Of a stretch of DNA of 34,691 nucleotides, positions 32,910-34,691 are shown piece after piece. Location: IMG/VR virus record IMGVR_UViG_3300028048_000053, positions 1 to 34,691 of that record, one strand, 5' to 3'. The first letter of the stretch is position 1, and every line of letters begins with the position of its first letter. The notes below the pieces were generated by a model. It was given only the letters and a program-made list of their open reading frames with translations. It searched no databases and had not been told where the DNA came from. This DNA is from a virus. The translations under genes were made by a program, and so were the position numbers.

Positions 32910-33095
32910 ATGCATACCTTTCATTCTCAGGATAAATACAATTTCCATCACAATGGAGATTTTTCCGGTGACGTGATAATCACTAAGGATGATGACACTA
33001 ATTTTGAAATTGAAATTAGTAGTCAAGCTCTTCTTGAATATGCTCGTTATGTAATTGACTCTGTTCTTACAGAAAAAATTGAAGACATTATGTAA
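32910..33095 (+). CDS. hypothetical protein (61 aa) between tRNA-Tyr and tRNA-His
   Basis: GAAGGAGATTATTATG; in frame with ORF 32859..33095. Confidence 0.55.
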   Translation: MHTFHSQDKYNFHHNGDFSGDVIITKDDDTNFEIEISSQALLEYARYVIDSVLTEKIEDIM

Positions 33096-33096
33096 T

Positions 33097-33174
33097 GGTG
33101 GGAGTAGCTTAGTTGGCTAAAGCACCAGATTGTGGCTCTGGGGACCGCGGGTTCAAGACCCGTCTCTCACCCCA
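33097..33174 (+). tRNA. tRNA-His (GUG) with encoded G-1 pairing to C73, CCA encoded
   Basis: manual fold: acceptor GTGGGAG/CTCTCAC, anticodon stem CCAGA/TCTGG with loop TTGTGGC, T arm GCGGG-TTCAAGA-CCCGT. Confidence 0.7.
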
Positions 33175-33215
33175 TTTATGCCTCCTTAGCTCAGCTGGTC
33201 AGAGCACGCGGCTGT

Positions 33216-33682
33216 TTGCCTGACCTTACATTCTTGATGAAAAAGAAAAATGAATAGTAAGCAAAAAGGCAATATTACTGAATTAGAAACAATGTTAGCG
33301 TTTTTAAAACATGGTTTTAATGTTTTAACTCCTTATGGAGATTGTGAAAGATATGATTTTGTAGTAGACGCTAACAGAAAGTTTTATCGAATTCAGAGTA
33401 AAACAGCAAGCACAGAAGACGATGGAGCTTCGTTTAAGTTTTCTTGTAGGAGCTCAAATCGTCAAGATGGTAGAATAGTCCATCACCAATATACAAAAGA
33501 TGAAATTGACTATTTCGTAACTTCTTTTGAAGGAAAATGTTATTTAATTCCAGTTGAAGAATGTGGTTGTGATAAACGACTTCGTCTTTTTCCTACTAAA
33601 AATGGACAAACAAGAGGAATAAGCTGGGCAAAAGATTATGAAATGGAGGAAGTAATCAAGAATTGGTAAGCTGATGTGCAAG
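33216..33682 (+). mobile_element. 467-bp insertion in the tRNA-Asp anticodon loop carrying an endonuclease-like ORF; group-I-intron-like boundaries (5' exon ends in T, insertion ends in G)
   Basis: boundaries inferred from tRNA cloverleaf; only ~47 nt of the insertion lie outside the ORF, so the intron class is unresolved. Confidence 0.5.
33250..33669 (+). CDS. putative homing endonuclease of the PD-(D/E)XK / Hjc-like fold (139 aa) encoded inside the tRNA-Asp insertion
   Basis: pattern E11..LK.GF.V..P.GD..RYDFVVD....FYRIQSK resembles small restriction-endonuclease-fold nucleases; ORF track. Confidence 0.45.
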   Translation: MNSKQKGNITELETMLAFLKHGFNVLTPYGDCERYDFVVDANRKFYRIQSKTASTEDDGASFKFSCRSSNRQDGRIVHHQYTKDEIDYFVTSFEGKCYLIPVEECGCDKRLRLFPTKNGQTRGISWAKDYEMEEVIKNW

Positions 33683-33906
33683 CAACCGCGGTGTCGTAGG
33701 TTCGAATCCTACAGGAGGCGCCAGGCCCGTGGATCCGAGGGCACAGTATCGGACAAAATACGCTGGCATATCGTAGAGAGTGCGCAATCTCAAATATGCG
33801 ATACCGCTATTCGTTGGGGCGGGATATAAATGCAGCAACGACAGGTCGCTTGAACCTGATTGATCCTGTCGGCGGTACGGGAGAAGAAAAGCATCCGCTG
33901 TTTTAT

Positions 33907-33982
33907 AGGGGATTGGTGTAGTAGGGAGCATCTGCGCCTCCAAAGCGTTAGAGAGAGGGTCCGAGTCCTTCATCCCCTGCCA
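33907..33982 (+). tRNA. possible tRNA-Trp (CCA), weak (several G-U pairs, T-loop TCCGAGT)
   Basis: acceptor AGGGGAT/ATCCCCT perfect, discriminator G, CCA encoded, anticodon loop CTCCAAA; D and T arms non-canonical. Confidence 0.35.
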
Positions 33983-34256
33983 ATAGTGAGTCGTTTAAGC
34001 AAGACTGCGGCCATGGTAACGCAATGTTGGGTAGCGACCGGCACCAACCTCACTATTATATGCCTCGGTAGTTTAGCAAGTAAAACGGTGGACACATATT
34101 TTTATGTGGCTGCAAGTGGATGGAGCGTGGCCGTCTCGGGGCACCAACGGCAAGGTGGCGTAGCGTGAGCTACAAGTGCGAATGACTGAACGCACTAAAA
34201 ACTGGCAATGGGCAAGCCTTCTGTATAGTAAAACCAAGAAGTCTATTTTTTAATAT

Positions 34257-34331
34257 GCCGGGGTCATATAGTGGTTAGTATGCGGAACTGATAATTCCGT
34301 CATGGCAGTCCGACTCTGCCCCCTGGCACCA
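34257..34331 (+). tRNA. tRNA-Ile (GAU), CCA encoded
   Basis: acceptor GCCGGGG/CCCTGGC, anticodon stem CGGAA/TTCCG with loop CTGATAA, T arm GGCAG-TCCGACT-CTGCC. Confidence 0.7.
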
Positions 34332-34413
34332 TAAATCTCAGCTGAGATAGGGATAGCTCTGCGTTTGGAGTAGCATTTCAGTCGTCGGGGGCGGAGCGCT
34401 GAGATTTTTATAT

Positions 34414-34489
34414 CCCGCTGTAGCACAATCGGTCAGTGCCGGCAACTTATAATTGTCAGATGCTGGTTCAAATCCAGACAGCGGGACCA
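34414..34489 (+). tRNA. tRNA-Ile (UAU) (AUA decoder), CCA encoded
   Basis: acceptor CCCGCTG/CAGCGGG, D arm GCAC..GTGC, anticodon stem GGCAA/TTGTC with loop CTTATAA. Confidence 0.55.
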
Positions 34490-34569
34490 AAAACCTTGTT
34501 AGTTAGTGGAGAATAGCAGCGAGGTTTGCATTAAATTAATAAAGACACATACAGCAATTTATACTTGAA

Positions 34570-34640
34570 AGTATATTAGTCCAATGGTAGGACGCAAAAG
34601 TTTTAATTTTGAAGAATTGGTTCAAATCCAATATTTACTT
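34570..34640 (+). pseudogene. degenerate tRNA-like sequence (anticodon loop GTTTTAA, Lys-UUU-like) lacking CCA, with an acceptor mismatch
   Basis: D stem GTCC/GGAC, anticodon stem CAAAA/TTTTG, T arm ATTGG-TTCAAAT-CCAAT; acceptor AGTATAT/ATTTACT has 1 mismatch. Confidence 0.3.
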
Positions 34641-34691
34641 TTTGGTGTCTTGATTTTTATAAAAAAATATAATATAATAATTATAGAAAAG

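Larger units (their letters stand above)
33180..33723 (+). tRNA. split tRNA-Asp (GUC): exon 1 33180-33215, exon 2 33683-33723, interrupted in the anticodon loop between positions 35 and 36
   Basis: acceptor GCCTCCT/AGGAGGC perfect; D arm GCTC..GAGC; anticodon stem CGCGG/CCGCG formed across the insertion; T arm GTAGG-TTCGAAT-CCTAC; CCA encoded. Confidence 0.65.

Noticed and set aside
33216-33682. Confident call of a self-splicing group I intron
   Set aside because: The boundaries fit, but only ~47 nt of the insertion are non-coding, and I could not identify P1, P7 or P3 core pairings by eye. It is reported as an intron-like insertion of unresolved class.
34049-34133. 85-nt tRNA-like sequence with good acceptor and D-stem pairing
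   Set aside because: The central arm is a 6-bp hairpin with a 5-nt loop, not a 7-nt anticodon loop, and there is no T-loop consensus. It was not called as a tRNA and is left as unexplained structured RNA.

Overview
The window reads as a contiguous piece of a phage (or phage-like element) genome from a Firmicutes-type host, judged from sigma-A-like promoters and AAAGGAG Shine-Dalgarno sites. The most striking signal is that four genes in the AT-rich right-hand module carry ten in-frame TAG codons with zero in-frame TAA or TGA. No gene in that module terminates with TAG, whereas an early gene does. This points to amber stop-codon reassignment or programmed suppression confined to that module. 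(1) 1-19.1 kb holds about 42 mostly tiny + strand genes. Each sits in its own cassette of a near-consensus promoter (cccTTGACA-N17-TGnTATACT/TATAAT), the gene, and GC-hairpin terminator(s) ending in a GCCCGGGC palindrome plus A/T tracts. This layout is early or host-takeover-like. The same region has about 9 promoter-to-terminator cassettes with no ORF (sRNA candidates), a tRNA-Lys, two covariation-supported 5'-UTR hairpin families just upstream of the SD, and more than 20 copies of the GCCCGGGC palindrome. Recognisable products are two AbrB/SpoVT-like regulators, a HAD-type 5'(3')-deoxyribonucleotidase-like protein, a DEDDh 3'-5' exonuclease, an HD-domain phosphohydrolase, several Zn-ribbon and small membrane proteins, and several paralog pairs. 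(2) 19.1-22.4 kb is an AT-rich regulatory block. It contains an imperfect ~90-bp direct repeat, a 22-bp tandem array, a GTACAAAAA palindrome array (ori-like), and a minus-strand RHH operon. (3) 22.4-32.7 kb carries + strand genes driven by a second, AT-rich promoter class (TTGATT-N17-TATAAT-ATATATAGAAA-RTAAGAAAGGAG). Products include an M42-like metallopeptidase, Cys-rich proteins, and a Zn-finger/Vsr-like homing endonuclease. (4) 32.7-34.7 kb is a tRNA cluster. It includes Tyr, His, and an Asp(GUC) gene split in the anticodon loop by a 467-bp ORF-containing insertion. It also includes a possible Trp, Ile(GAU), Ile(UAU) and a degenerate Lys-like tRNA.
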